Shown piece by piece: positions 27,914 through 37,325 of a stretch of 64,000 nucleotides of DNA. The notes below the pieces were generated by a model, which searched no databases, had not been told where the DNA came from, and saw only the letters and a program-made list of their open reading frames with translations. The number at the start of each line of letters is the position of its first letter. Position 1 is the first letter of the stretch. The position numbers and the translations under genes are program-made. Origin of the DNA: an uncultured Coriobacteriales bacterium (lineage in GTDB: Bacteria > Actinomycetota > Coriobacteriia > Coriobacteriales > QAMH01); assembly GCA_934646835.1 (NCBI GenBank), contig CAKUES010000001.1:42090-106089 (forward strand), in the 5' to 3' direction.

Positions 27914-28444
27914 CTACCTGCCGCCCATAAGCGCGGACATGGGGATGAGGGCAGGGGTGTCCTCCCCCGCGTTCTCATGGAGTGCCTTGACGCCCTGCCA
28001 CAGCTGCTCGATGGGCGCGTTGTACTCAACAAAGCATCCGAGCTGCTCGCGTGCGTCGAAGTAGACGACCTTGAGGCCCTGGCCGGAGACCATCTCCATG
28101 GCGACTTCGATGCCTTCGGCGGTAAACTGCTCGACGACCTCGTCGACGTCGTCTGCCCAGATGCATACGTGATGAAGGCCGTATCCGGCGTCCTTGTAAA
28201 CGTCGGGTTCGTCAGTCGTCACCTCGATAAGCTCAATCTGAACGTCTTTGACATGACCCAGGGCACAACGGCTGCGCATGCCGGAGTCCTGGCCGTGATA
28301 CTTGAGCGATACGGGCTCGGAAACGCCCAGATCGACAAAGGGCCCGGCACCCATGAGCCCGCGGAAGAGCTTCGCGGATTCCTCGATGTTCTCAACGTGG
28401 TAGCCCAGCTGCTTGATACCGTATTTCCCTAGCAAGTTCTTCAT
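27914..28444 (-). CDS. VOC family protein
   Basis: IKQLGYHVENIEES..., HHVCIWADDVDE.... The start at 28444 (MKNLLGKYG) has GGGAGGA upstream; the 83-aa N-terminal extension in the track is rejected. Confidence 0.8.
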   Translation of the reverse strand: MKNLLGKYGIKQLGYHVENIEESAKLFRGLMGAGPFVDLGVSEPVSLKYHGQDSGMRSRCALGHVKDVQIELIEVTTDEPDVYKDAGYGLHHVCIWADDVDEVVEQFTAEGIEVAMEMVSGQGLKVVYFDAREQLGCFVEYNAPIEQLWQGVKALHENAGEDTPALIPMSALMGGR

Positions 28445-28542
28445 GTGATCCTCCCAATCTGGCCGCTTGCGACGCTGCATTGCTGCCGCAAGCGGCCTTG
28501 CCCCCTTGAGGGACTTGCTCTGCTGAGAAACAGCCAAGGTCG

Positions 28543-28842
28543 CTAGGGGCGCTTCCGCGTCGAGTCGTGCAGAAGGCTCACCCACTGGCCGGCTCGATAC
28601 TGCATCGCCGGAAGCAGGTTGATGTGCCCTGCATGCGATCCGCTGCCCCAGTACCTCACGCTTCCCTCGTGAGCGGCTCCAAATCGCGCCCACATGTTGT
28701 TCGCAAGCTCGCAGTAGCCGTTTCCCTCTTCATCGAAGAGCTCGTTTCTCTCGTAGTCGACGCGAACGATGCGGACCCGGCGGGGCCGGGAGCCTCCACA
28801 CTCCCGACCCTCTTCGCCGCATGCCTTGCCATTGGCTCTCAC
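28543..28842 (-). CDS. possible small hypothetical protein coupled to the FeS subunit gene
   Basis: The GTG start lies 2 nt after the FeS-subunit TAG. Third positions are moderately GC-rich. No family recognised, and it may be non-coding. Confidence 0.25.
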   Translation of the reverse strand: MRANGKACGEEGRECGGSRPRRVRIVRVDYERNELFDEEGNGYCELANNMWARFGAAHEGSVRYWGSGSHAGHINLLPAMQYRAGQWVSLLHDSTRKRP

Positions 28843-28844
28843 TG

Positions 28845-29648
28845 CTACACCAGCGCGATGTCGCCCAAGCCCTTGTCCTCGTCAACGGTACTGACGGTGA
28901 GGACCTTCTCCTTGCCAGCGGCGGAGATGGTGACGGTCCACTCGTCGTCTGCCAAACCGTCGATCCAGAAGTCGCCCCAGCTGTTGGTGGTGTCCGTGTA
29001 GGTCTCGGTGCCGTTGGTGACGGTAACCGTGGCGCCCTCGACGATCTCCTCATCGGCGGGGGTGAAGACGGTGCCGGCGATGAACTTCTTAGGCAGGCCC
29101 TTGTAGTAGACGTGGGGCTTGGTGCCGTACTCGGGGTGCAGGACCTCTGCACCCTCGAGGTCGAGCTCGTCGAGCTCGCCAAACTCGATGACGTGGACGG
29201 GGCAGTTGTCCACGCAGCGCGGGACGCTGATGGGAGCATCCTCATCGTCAAGCAAGTGGGCACAGCCCGTGCACTTCTGGGGAATCTCGAGCTCCTCGTT
29301 CCAGAAGATCTTGCCGTAGGGGCAGGCCTTCACGATCTGCTCCTGGCCCTTTGCCTTCTCCGGGTCGATGATGACCAGGCCGTCCTCGCGGCGATAGACC
29401 GCGTCGTTTTCGGCCGCCTTGATGCAGGGGGCGTTCTCGCAGTGCTGGCAGGGCGTGGGAATGTAGCTGACCTTGACCTGGGGGCACTGGCCGTGCTCCT
29501 TCTGGTTGACCTTCAGCCAAAACTGTCCGGACTCGGGCTGCTCTTGGGCATAGGGCATCCAGCAGTTGCCGCAGTGCTCGTCCTTGCAGCCGATCTGGCA
29601 GGCATGGCACCCCATGCACTTGTCGGCGTGAATCAGGAAGCCTTTCAT
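28845..29648 (-). CDS. 4Fe-4S ferredoxin-type beta subunit with C-terminal beta-barrel (carboxypeptidase-regulatory-like) domain
   Basis: Cys clusters CMGCHACQIGC, CQHCENAPC, CTGCAHLL..C. The C-terminal AGTVFTPADEEIVEGATVTVTNG matches the architecture of the pyrogallol hydroxytransferase small subunit. The start is at 29648 with AGGAGAGAGGA upstream. Confidence 0.85.
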   Translation of the reverse strand: MKGFLIHADKCMGCHACQIGCKDEHCGNCWMPYAQEQPESGQFWLKVNQKEHGQCPQVKVSYIPTPCQHCENAPCIKAAENDAVYRREDGLVIIDPEKAKGQEQIVKACPYGKIFWNEELEIPQKCTGCAHLLDDEDAPISVPRCVDNCPVHVIEFGELDELDLEGAEVLHPEYGTKPHVYYKGLPKKFIAGTVFTPADEEIVEGATVTVTNGTETYTDTTNSWGDFWIDGLADDEWTVTISAAGKEKVLTVSTVDEDKGLGDIALV

Positions 29649-29667
29649 AATCTTGTCCTCTCTCCTC

Positions 29668-32355
29668 TTAAGCCTCGACGACCCAGGCCTCGCGGGTGAT
29701 GCCCTGACCGGCGTCGTAAGCGCGCTCGAATGCCTCGGGGTACTGGGCCTTCCAGTTGTCGTACTCCTCCTGGGAAAGCTTCTCTGCCTCAACCAGATAA
29801 CCCGTCACTGCGAATCCCTTGCAGTTCTTGGAGACGGTCGCCTCGGGGCTGATCAGGTTGATGGCGCCGCCGCGGTCGATGTGCGGTGCGATCGGGTCGA
29901 CGCGAGATCCCTTTGCGACGACTACGGAACCAGGCTGGACGCGCTGGGACACGCGCGCGCCGGTAAGGACGATGCCGCGCTCGTTGAAAATCTTGACGAT
30001 GTCGCCGTCCTTGATACCGCGGGCGTCTGCGTCCTCAGGGCTGATCCACAGCGCCTCGTACAGGTAGCCGTCCGGGCCCTTGACCTTCTGGGTCTCGATC
30101 TCGCGGTACCAGGCGATGTCGTCGCCCTGGACATGCACGCGGAAGCGGGCGGGGTTGGCGGTGACCAGCAGCGGGTACTTCTTGCAGCGCTCGCCCCACA
30201 GGCTCTCGTCGTGAGTCCATCCCTCTTCCTTGGGACCGCCGACGACCCACTTGGCGAGGGGCTGGCGCTCCTTGTCGTCGGGGAAGTTGTCTGCCAGTGC
30301 CTGAGAGTAGAACTCGAGCTTTCCAGAGGGGGTGTCAAGCGGGTAGTTCTCGGGGTCCTGGTAGAAGCCGCGCATGCCGGGAAGCTCGTCGCGCCAGTTC
30401 TCCTCGAGCTTGGGATAGTAGATGCCCTTTTCGACGAGGGTCTCCCATTCGACCTCGGTGGGCAGCTGGGAGTTGTTGAAGCCGTACTCGAGCCATTCCT
30501 CGGTGGTCATGTTGTAGTCGAGCTTCTCGCGCATGCCAAAGCGGTCGAGCACCTCGAGTGCGATCTCCCAGTCGGACTTGGACTCGCCGACGCGCTCGCA
30601 GGCGTGCGGTGTGTAGCCGGCATAGCGCATGCCAACGGTCATGGAAGCACCCATGGTGTCATCGTCTTCGACGCAGGTGGTGACGGGGAGCACGAGATCG
30701 CAGAACAGCGAGTCGTTCTCGAGCCACTGGTGGTTCGTGACGAAGAACTCGACCTCGTCGCTGCGGATGGCGTCCTGGAACTCGAAGCCGCCGTTCCAGC
30801 AGTTCATGTTGCAGGGCTTTTCCGACCACAGCATGTGGACCCTGTTGATGCGGGGCTCCTCGGTGGGGATGGGCTGGCCTGCGCGCTGCGCCATAGCCTG
30901 CGCCATCATGAGGCCCATCTTGGGGTCGCCGGGGTAGGTGAACTTCTTGAACTGCTCGGCGTTTTCGACGTAGACGATGCAGGGGCTGCCGTACCACTCA
31001 ACGTGCCCATTGCGAATCGCCTCGGCGATGGCGGTGCGGGGCAGGGACTGAGCGGAGGGGTAGAACATGCGGCAGTGGTTGAGCATCGAGAACGGACGGG
31101 TGGAAGACTCCGCCAGCTTCTCCTTTGCCATGTTGGTTGCCTCGAGATGAAGCTGCTGCACGCCAGGCTTGCCAAGGCCCTGCATCGCCAACAGGTACGC
31201 CTGAGTACGGCCGGGCTCATGGGAATACGGGGTCTTGATGGAGCCGGAGCTGTAGTGGACGTGAGAAGCGCGCTTCTTGCACAGGTTGCGTGCGTACGCC
31301 TTGATGGTGTGCTCGGGGATACCGCAGCGCTCGCTTGCCCACTTGGGGGTCTTGGGGATGCCGTCTTCCTTGCCCATGACGTAGTCGACGACCTTGTCAA
31401 AGCCAATGGAGTGGGTGTCGATAAACTCCTTGTCGTAGATGCCCTCGGTGATCATCACGTACATCGCGCCGAAGTCGAACGCGGCGTCGGTGTTGGGCAG
31501 GATGGGGATCCACTTGAAGGTCTTATGGCAGACAGCAGTGTAGTTGCAGAAGGGGTCGACGGAGACGAACTCCTTGCCGAGCTCCTCCCAGTACTTGAGG
31601 AGCCTCGAGAAGAACATGGAGGCGTAGTTCTGGGTAAGCTCCCAGTCGCCGGCGTCAAAGACCAAAAGCTCGGCGTTCTCCGTCACGTCCTTGACGACGT
31701 TGTAGTTGGAGAAGTTGTTCTGCGGAGGCGCAATCATGCCGCCACCGTGGTTGAAACCGGCACCCCAGAAGTGCTTAGCGCCCCAGTACCAGCCCTCGAC
31801 GGAGTCCGGGGTGCGGGTTTCGCGGGTGTAGCCACCCAGGAAGTTCATGACAGTTGCGTGCATACCGCCGCCCGCATGCAGGTCCTTGGACTCGCGATGG
31901 CCGTCCTCGCCTACGCACAGCACGCTGTAAGGGCCGTACTTGTCGATGACGCGCTTGATCTCGGACTCCATGATGTCGAGCGCCTCGTCCCACGAGATTT
32001 CGACGAACTTGGACCTACCGCGGTTAGCGGCATTGATCTTGGCTGGGTCTCCGCCGGGCTCCCAGTCCACGCGCTTAAGAGGCTTCTTAACGCGGTTTTT
32101 GGAATAGACGCGCTCCTTGTAGGCGAGCGCCATGTAGTTGGGTGCCGCCTTGTACTCGGGGCGGAACTTCTTGCCATCGACTTCAAGCTCCCACATGGAG
32201 TCTGCAAGCTCCTCCGGGGTGTACTTCTCGTCGATGTGCAGCGGGCGGATGCGAACGATCTTTCCGTCCTTGCTGTCGACTGCGGTGGGCTCACCGCCCG
32301 TGCCGCCGCTGGCGATACTCTGCACCGTCGTGGTGTAGGTCTCTTTATCGCTCAT
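29668..32355 (-). CDS. molybdopterin oxidoreductase, pyrogallol hydroxytransferase (AthL)-like large subunit
   Basis: There is no Tat signal and no N-terminal FeS cysteine cluster. The blocks SGGTGGEPTAVDSKDGKIVRIRP and PDSVEGWYWGAKHFWG resemble the Pelobacter transhydroxylase alpha subunit as I recall it. Confidence 0.75.
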   Translation of the reverse strand: MSDKETYTTTVQSIASGGTGGEPTAVDSKDGKIVRIRPLHIDEKYTPEELADSMWELEVDGKKFRPEYKAAPNYMALAYKERVYSKNRVKKPLKRVDWEPGGDPAKINAANRGRSKFVEISWDEALDIMESEIKRVIDKYGPYSVLCVGEDGHRESKDLHAGGGMHATVMNFLGGYTRETRTPDSVEGWYWGAKHFWGAGFNHGGGMIAPPQNNFSNYNVVKDVTENAELLVFDAGDWELTQNYASMFFSRLLKYWEELGKEFVSVDPFCNYTAVCHKTFKWIPILPNTDAAFDFGAMYVMITEGIYDKEFIDTHSIGFDKVVDYVMGKEDGIPKTPKWASERCGIPEHTIKAYARNLCKKRASHVHYSSGSIKTPYSHEPGRTQAYLLAMQGLGKPGVQQLHLEATNMAKEKLAESSTRPFSMLNHCRMFYPSAQSLPRTAIAEAIRNGHVEWYGSPCIVYVENAEQFKKFTYPGDPKMGLMMAQAMAQRAGQPIPTEEPRINRVHMLWSEKPCNMNCWNGGFEFQDAIRSDEVEFFVTNHQWLENDSLFCDLVLPVTTCVEDDDTMGASMTVGMRYAGYTPHACERVGESKSDWEIALEVLDRFGMREKLDYNMTTEEWLEYGFNNSQLPTEVEWETLVEKGIYYPKLEENWRDELPGMRGFYQDPENYPLDTPSGKLEFYSQALADNFPDDKERQPLAKWVVGGPKEEGWTHDESLWGERCKKYPLLVTANPARFRVHVQGDDIAWYREIETQKVKGPDGYLYEALWISPEDADARGIKDGDIVKIFNERGIVLTGARVSQRVQPGSVVVAKGSRVDPIAPHIDRGGAINLISPEATVSKNCKGFAVTGYLVEAEKLSQEEYDNWKAQYPEAFERAYDAGQGITREAWVVEA

Positions 32356-32453
32356 ACCTCACTCCTTCCTCGTTTGCGTGGGGTCTCTCAGCCCCGCTTT
32401 GGCGGCAGCCTTGCAACCTGCCGCGCCCTCGCATTCGAGACTACCGGGCAAGG

Positions 32454-32481
32454 AAAACGCCCACAATTGACGTTGTGGGCG
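32454..32481 (-). terminator. intrinsic terminator after the TetR gene
   Basis: cgcccacaa-ttgacg-ttgtgggcg; on the minus strand the stem is followed by TTTT. Confidence 0.55.
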
Positions 32482-32549
32482 CTCTATGAACGTGAGGTTT
32501 TCAGTTTTGCGGATTAGGAGGTTTTACGGTTAACAAAACGACAGAACTG

Positions 32550-33113
32550 TCACGAAAGGGTCCTTGAATTGGTCTCCCAGTAAGATCCGGTCATCTTCTT
32601 GTACAGGCTTCCAAGCTCTTCCGGGGTGAGGGGCATGCCGTCGAAAATCCACTTCTGCATGAGCATGGCCTGCGACGACGCGAAGAAGTACGCCACGTAC
32701 TCGCGCTCGACTCCCTCCGCAGACGAGACGTCGGCCATGATGTGGTGATTGAGCTTTTCGAGGGAGTTGGTGACGACGCGGATGAAGGTGTCGTCAACTC
32801 CCTTCATGGGACGGACGAGCCTTTGGTAGAACTCTTTGTCGTTGCAGATGGGAGTGTAGACGTTTTGCATGTACATCTCCATCAAGTCGCGAGACTGGTT
32901 GACAGACAGGAGACTGTTCATGGTCAAGATGGGCTTGACGACGTCGTCTTCAAAAATCGCTTCGAGGATCTCCTCCTTGTCCTGGAAGTTGTCATAGAAG
33001 GTTTTTCGGGAGAGATGGGCCTCGCGGCAGATCTCGGTGACGGTGATCTTGAAATAAGGCATCTTCATCACTAGCTCTCTAAAGCTTTTTTCAAAAGCCT
33101 CTTTAGCGCCCAT
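32550..33113 (-). CDS. TetR/AcrR-family transcriptional regulator
   Basis: N-terminal HTH FKITVTEICREAHLSRKTFYDNF. The start at 33113 (MGAKEAF) has GGGGGAGAG upstream. Confidence 0.85.
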   Translation of the reverse strand: MGAKEAFEKSFRELVMKMPYFKITVTEICREAHLSRKTFYDNFQDKEEILEAIFEDDVVKPILTMNSLLSVNQSRDLMEMYMQNVYTPICNDKEFYQRLVRPMKGVDDTFIRVVTNSLEKLNHHIMADVSSAEGVEREYVAYFFASSQAMLMQKWIFDGMPLTPEELGSLYKKMTGSYWETNSRTLS

Positions 33114-33192
33114 GCTCTCCCCCTGCCCCCGCTTTGCATTGCTTAGCCCTGTGAAACAAAATATCGTTCCCAACAGTTTAACGCTCAAAACA

Positions 33193-33711
33193 CTAGTGGC
33201 TATGCTCGCACCCGCAACCGCCGAGCGATTCGCGCAGCCGGTTGCAGCCGCAGCCGGTAGAGCCCTTTTCAACCTCGAGTGCAGCCGATGTCCCATCATC
33301 GACAAGCTCGACCTCGAACCGGAGGTCGTGCCCTGCCAGCTCGTGGTTTGTGTCAAAGATTATCTGGCCGTCTTCTACTGCGAGGACCTTTGCACGACCC
33401 CTGCCGCCTGCCATCCCGAACTCGATGAACTGCCCTATCGGGAGCTCGTCAGCATGCGAGAATCCCTCGGCTGCAACGCTGATGACACCCGCAGGATCGT
33501 AAGGCCCGTAAGCCTTCTCACACGGAATGACAAAGTTGCGCCTCTCGCCTCGGCGCATCTCAAGCAGCTGCTCTTCAAAAGCCGGAAGCAATCCGCCAGA
33601 GCCGATGACCACATTGACGCTGTCCGGCATAAGCCAGGTATTCACAAACTCAGTGCCGCCCTCTAACTGCCCCGCATAGTTGATCTCGACTCGTTGCCCC
33701 TTTGCCAGCAT
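33193..33711 (-). CDS. slyD: FKBP-type peptidyl-prolyl isomerase, SlyD-like, with Cys-rich metal-binding tail
   Basis: FKBP/IF-domain pattern (VEINYAGQLEGGTEF...AGHDLRFEVELV) and the tail GCGCNRLRESLGGCGCEHSH. AAGGAG lies before the ATG at 33711. Confidence 0.8.
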   Translation of the reverse strand: MLAKGQRVEINYAGQLEGGTEFVNTWLMPDSVNVVIGSGGLLPAFEEQLLEMRRGERRNFVIPCEKAYGPYDPAGVISVAAEGFSHADELPIGQFIEFGMAGGRGRAKVLAVEDGQIIFDTNHELAGHDLRFEVELVDDGTSAALEVEKGSTGCGCNRLRESLGGCGCEHSH

Positions 33712-33857
33712 GATGCACTCCTTTTCTTCGAGCGAATAGTTATCATCACTGTACTGGCCCAAAGCGAGGGGCGGCACTAATCAAAAGAGGCACCCTGTCA
33801 AAACGATGGTTACAGTTCGAGGCGAGTGTCACCCATCGTGTGTCGCTTGCTCTGTGG

Positions 33858-34020
33858 CCTATGGCGCCGACTTCGTCTGGCGCGTAGGCTGCGGCCTGAG
33901 GATGCTTCCGCGCAAACACCTGACCCCCACCGCGGCGACGCACGTCAAGCATCGCGTCAGCACCGGCGAGTCCCGAAGTCCTCGTAGGCGCCAGACGCAG
34001 TCGGCGCCATAGGTTGCAAC
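33858..34020. repeat. family B composite (B 33858-33888 in plus orientation, B 33983-34020 in minus orientation, shared inner sequence)
   Basis: An inverted pair. The inner segments gaggatgcttccgc and agcatcgcgtcagcaccggcgagtccc recur, reverse-complemented, in the 38460-38738 composite. Confidence 0.8.
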
Positions 34021-34045
34021 GAATCGGCGGCCCACCAACGGGCTC

Positions 34046-34194
34046 CGAAACAAAAAGTGCACGAAGTGTTAAGGGTTTCGGCAAGATGCGGAGTAGGCGA
34101 CAATTTCCGCTTGCAAAACCGCAGGTCACGGCGTTGCCAATTTTTGGCTACTCCGCATCTCGCCGAAACCCTTAACACTTCGTCCACTTTTTGT
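34046..34194 (+). repeat. family A palindromic element, copy A3
   Basis: Same TIRs and core (plus orientation). It is preceded by the conserved linker ggcggcccaccaacgggctcc, as in A5. Confidence 0.85.
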
Positions 34195-34763
34195 TAGGCA
34201 GAGCCGTGGAGCCCTCACGTGGCACCCGTATAAACCCACACGAAAGTTGAAGAAGAGGAATAATGGCGAAATAGGCCTCATGCATGACAAGATGTGTGCA
34301 TCGCAAAAGCGCCGGACTGGCTTACCGGCGTAGCCGTTGTTGTGATGATAGACTTCGCCGTTACAACAAGACCTACAGAAGAAGCCCCGTCCACTACGGC
34401 CCCAACATGCAGCCGGATCGCTGGGGCTCTCAAACCGAGCTACTACTATTTCCCATCATCATGCTGGCCTGCGTCGCTTTGATGACTTTGATTCTTCACT
34501 AGCTCAGCCCCGAGTATTGGAGCGAGCCCACTGACCTCAAAGAGAGCGATAAAGACGTCTGGCATTGCGGGCGCCCGATCGGTGGCTTGGGTTGAACTCA
34601 AGTGCGGCGTTTTCTCTCTGTTTATGGCTTGGCCCCTTGCCTGGCAGCGACGCAATGTTGGCTATCGGTGCAATCGTGTTCGCCTTGTTGGCCATGCAAC
34701 GCCCTTCGCGTTTGTTGCGAGATTTCTTCGCAGAGGCCTGGCCAAGAGCGAGGCCCCGCAGCG

Positions 34764-35819
34764 CTAGCAGCCCAATGTACCCCAGTCGATAAACAGCTCG
34801 CGGCGCAGCTCCAGCTGGGCGTCGAGTTGCCGCTCAGTCTTTTCGCGGTACCTCAAGCCGATCTCCTCGAACAGCATGCGCCTGACGATATCGAAGTTCT
34901 TTGCGTCGGCGATTTGCTGATATGTCAGCAGCATCACGTTGTAGCCCATTTGCTGCAAGGCGGTTGCGCGGTCGGAATCCGACAGCGACGCATCGGCCCC
35001 GCCGTGCACAAGCCTGCCCTGGCACTCGACGATGAGTGGCTTCTTGTCACCTGTCTCCTCAAACAGCAGGTCCGCGTAGCAGCTATAGCGCCCGGCCAAT
35101 CGAGTTGCCTTACCGGAAAGCGCGATTCGCGCGTTGTTGGAAAACGACTTGAGACCCTCTCCGCCAGCCGATCGCGGCGTTGCAAGCAACAACGACAGCT
35201 GCGCCTCAAACGGCGACGCGACAATGCCGGTCACGCGGCTGAGCGCTTGCTCGAAGACTCGGCAACCGCGCTGGCCCTTCATGTCCTTGGCAAGCTGTTC
35301 GAGCTCTGCCAACTCAACAAGCGGTGGCCTGTTCCAGAGGTCACTTGGCTTGCCGTCGGACCCGCGCGCGTTGCGCCAAGCGCTTGCGCACAGAGGGGTC
35401 GCCACATCCACTTGGGATGCAAGCTCTTGCGGTAGCTTGGACAAATTGAACACCGCGAAACTTCCGCACATCTCGTACATGGCCATGGCCACATGCGTGA
35501 CAGACAGCGACCTGGCCAGCTGGAACAAAGTCATTGCAGGGGATGAGACACCGATGCCGTGCTCTGTCTCGAGCACGCTCCCAAATGGGAACTCGCCGCT
35601 TTGGAGATGGCGACTGGAGTACAAGGCGGGAGTGCGATCCGCTTTGTCTATTGCCAGCAAATGCAAGGGCAGGGACAACACGTCCCGAATCAAGCTGTGT
35701 CTGCGCAGCTCGAAGCGACACCTGTCCCCCTCAGCTTGAGGGACAGGCGGCATCAAAGCCAGCACCTGTGGCGGGGTGCGGTGATATCGAAATGCCGACG
35801 CGCCATAGAGAATATCCAT
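34764..35819 (-). CDS. DUF559/Vsr-fold endonuclease-like protein
   Basis: The C-terminal block CYADLLFEE..PLIVECQGRLVH...DSDRATALQQMGYNVMLLTYQQI resembles the restriction-endonuclease-like DUF559 fold. It lies in a visibly lower-GC patch. Confidence 0.5.
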   Translation of the reverse strand: MDILYGASAFRYHRTPPQVLALMPPVPQAEGDRCRFELRRHSLIRDVLSLPLHLLAIDKADRTPALYSSRHLQSGEFPFGSVLETEHGIGVSSPAMTLFQLARSLSVTHVAMAMYEMCGSFAVFNLSKLPQELASQVDVATPLCASAWRNARGSDGKPSDLWNRPPLVELAELEQLAKDMKGQRGCRVFEQALSRVTGIVASPFEAQLSLLLATPRSAGGEGLKSFSNNARIALSGKATRLAGRYSCYADLLFEETGDKKPLIVECQGRLVHGGADASLSDSDRATALQQMGYNVMLLTYQQIADAKNFDIVRRMLFEEIGLRYREKTERQLDAQLELRRELFIDWGTLGC

Positions 35820-36026
35820 AGATGAACATTAGCAGCTATTGCCATGCGGTGCACTACTGTATGTCCAATTTCAAATCAATTACAGAATCTCTTCAAATCA
35901 ACCCTTCTCCTGCGCTCCAAAAGATGCTCCTTCTTCGAAATAGCATGCGATGTCCAAGCGAGTTTTTGGTGAGCGAGGTTCCAAACCGGCATTTGCGGAT
36001 GAGTTTGCGCCGTCCGGTAAGAGTAC

Positions 36027-36178
36027 GAAATCAAAAAGTGCACGAAGTGTTAAGGGTTTGGCCGGATGCATCGAGTAGCCAAGAATCCGCAACGCTATGA
36101 CCTGCGGTTTTGCAAGTGGAAATCGCCGTCTACTCGCCTCCTCGCCGAAACCCTTAACACTTCGTGCACTTTTTGTTC
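36027..36178 (-). repeat. family A palindromic element, copy A4 (core inverted)
   Basis: Core cgagtagccaagaatccgcaacgctatgacctgcggttttgcaagtggaaatcgccgtctactcg, the reverse complement of the A2 core. Confidence 0.85.
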
Positions 36179-36290
36179 GCGAGGCGCATTTGCGGACCGA
36201 AATATCACTCTAACTCGCGGCAACATCGCAGCGCAATGCACCCGAGCGCAGGCCGCGAAGCCCATACTCGGGTGCGCCAGCGTGCGACTC

Positions 36291-37085
36291 TTATGCTGCA
36301 TCCGCCGCCTTGTGCATCTTGTCGACGACCTGGGTGTAGAACAGGCCAGCAAGGACGCCGCCGACGAGCGGGGCAACGACGTAAACGACCCACACGCCCC
36401 AGTCGGCAAGGCCGGAGGTAGCCAGGACGCCGCTGGCGACGAGCCACATGACGCGCGGCAGGATGTCGCGGGCGGGATTCAGGCCGGCGTCGGTCATGGG
36501 GCCGGCGGTGCAGATGATCAGCGTAACGGTCAGGCCGATGAACAGCAGGAAGATGACGTCACCGGGCTTGCCGGCATTGGCGTCCTCGGTCATGGAGAAG
36601 ATGACGAAGACGAGGACGAAGACGCCGATACCCTCGGCAAGCGAGCCCTCGAGCACGCCTATGGAGAGCGCCGAGCTGTTGGTGATCTGCTCGCACCAGA
36701 TGGAGGCCGCGGTATCGGGACCGGCAACGCTTGCCCAAGAGGAGTCGAGGCCGTTGACGGAGGCAGCGAAGTAGATCCACAGGACCAACGCTGCGATAAA
36801 GGCTCCGATGAACTGGCCGATGAGGTATGGCAGGACCTTCTTGCCCTCGAGGCGGCCGGTGACGGCCATGGCCACCGTGACGGCCGAGTTGAAGTGAGCG
36901 CAGCTCAGGTTGCGCGTGCAGTAGATCGCAATGGCGATGGCGAGACCCCACACCATACCGACCTGGAAGGGACCGGTGTGAGCCCCGGCCAGCGTTGCGG
37001 TGGCGACGGCGCCGATGCCAAAGAAGCGCATGATGAATGTGCCGATGACCTCGCCCATCACCTCTCGAGCAGTGGCGTTACCCAT
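36291..37085 (-). CDS. MIP-family channel (aquaglyceroporin-like), first NPA box changed to NSA
   Basis: SCAHFNSAVTVAM and DAGLNPARDILPR. AAGGAGGAG lies upstream of the ATG. Divergent from arsM. Confidence 0.9.
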   Translation of the reverse strand: MGNATAREVMGEVIGTFIMRFFGIGAVATATLAGAHTGPFQVGMVWGLAIAIAIYCTRNLSCAHFNSAVTVAMAVTGRLEGKKVLPYLIGQFIGAFIAALVLWIYFAASVNGLDSSWASVAGPDTAASIWCEQITNSSALSIGVLEGSLAEGIGVFVLVFVIFSMTEDANAGKPGDVIFLLFIGLTVTLIICTAGPMTDAGLNPARDILPRVMWLVASGVLATSGLADWGVWVVYVVAPLVGGVLAGLFYTQVVDKMHKAADAA

Positions 37086-37325
37086 GCTCTCTTACTCCTC
37101 CTTGCGTTACATGCGGAAGGGCTTGGCCTTTTGGCCCAGTCGACTGCAGGCGGTGCTCCGTAATCCCACCAGTGGAGTGGGATTCTTTCACATCTATTTG
37201 CGGTTGTCCACTAATCTCTTGTTGCAATAATCTTGTCGAGCTGATACGCTCGAACTACCAACCTATTGAGTAGGTAGGATTAATCACGCGACGAGAGCTG
37301 CCGCTTTCTTAGAGAAGGAGCACCC

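Noticed and set aside
27914-28693. 259-aa version of the VOC protein, and similar long N-terminal extensions (for example 32550..33356, 33193..33777, 28845..29792, 9279..10733, 49582..50469, 51785..52987)
   Set aside because: The upstream extensions are Arg/Ala/Pro/Ser-rich, overlap neighbouring genes or repeats, and lack an RBS. Internal starts with good Shine-Dalgarno sequences give proteins of canonical length.
34200-34763. Small ORFs in the low-GC gap (34284..34502, 34446..34655, 34565..34792, 34602..35435)
   Set aside because: They show no RBS, no recognisable motifs and mutually overlapping frames. The 277-aa ORF 34602..35435 is antisense to the DUF559-like gene.
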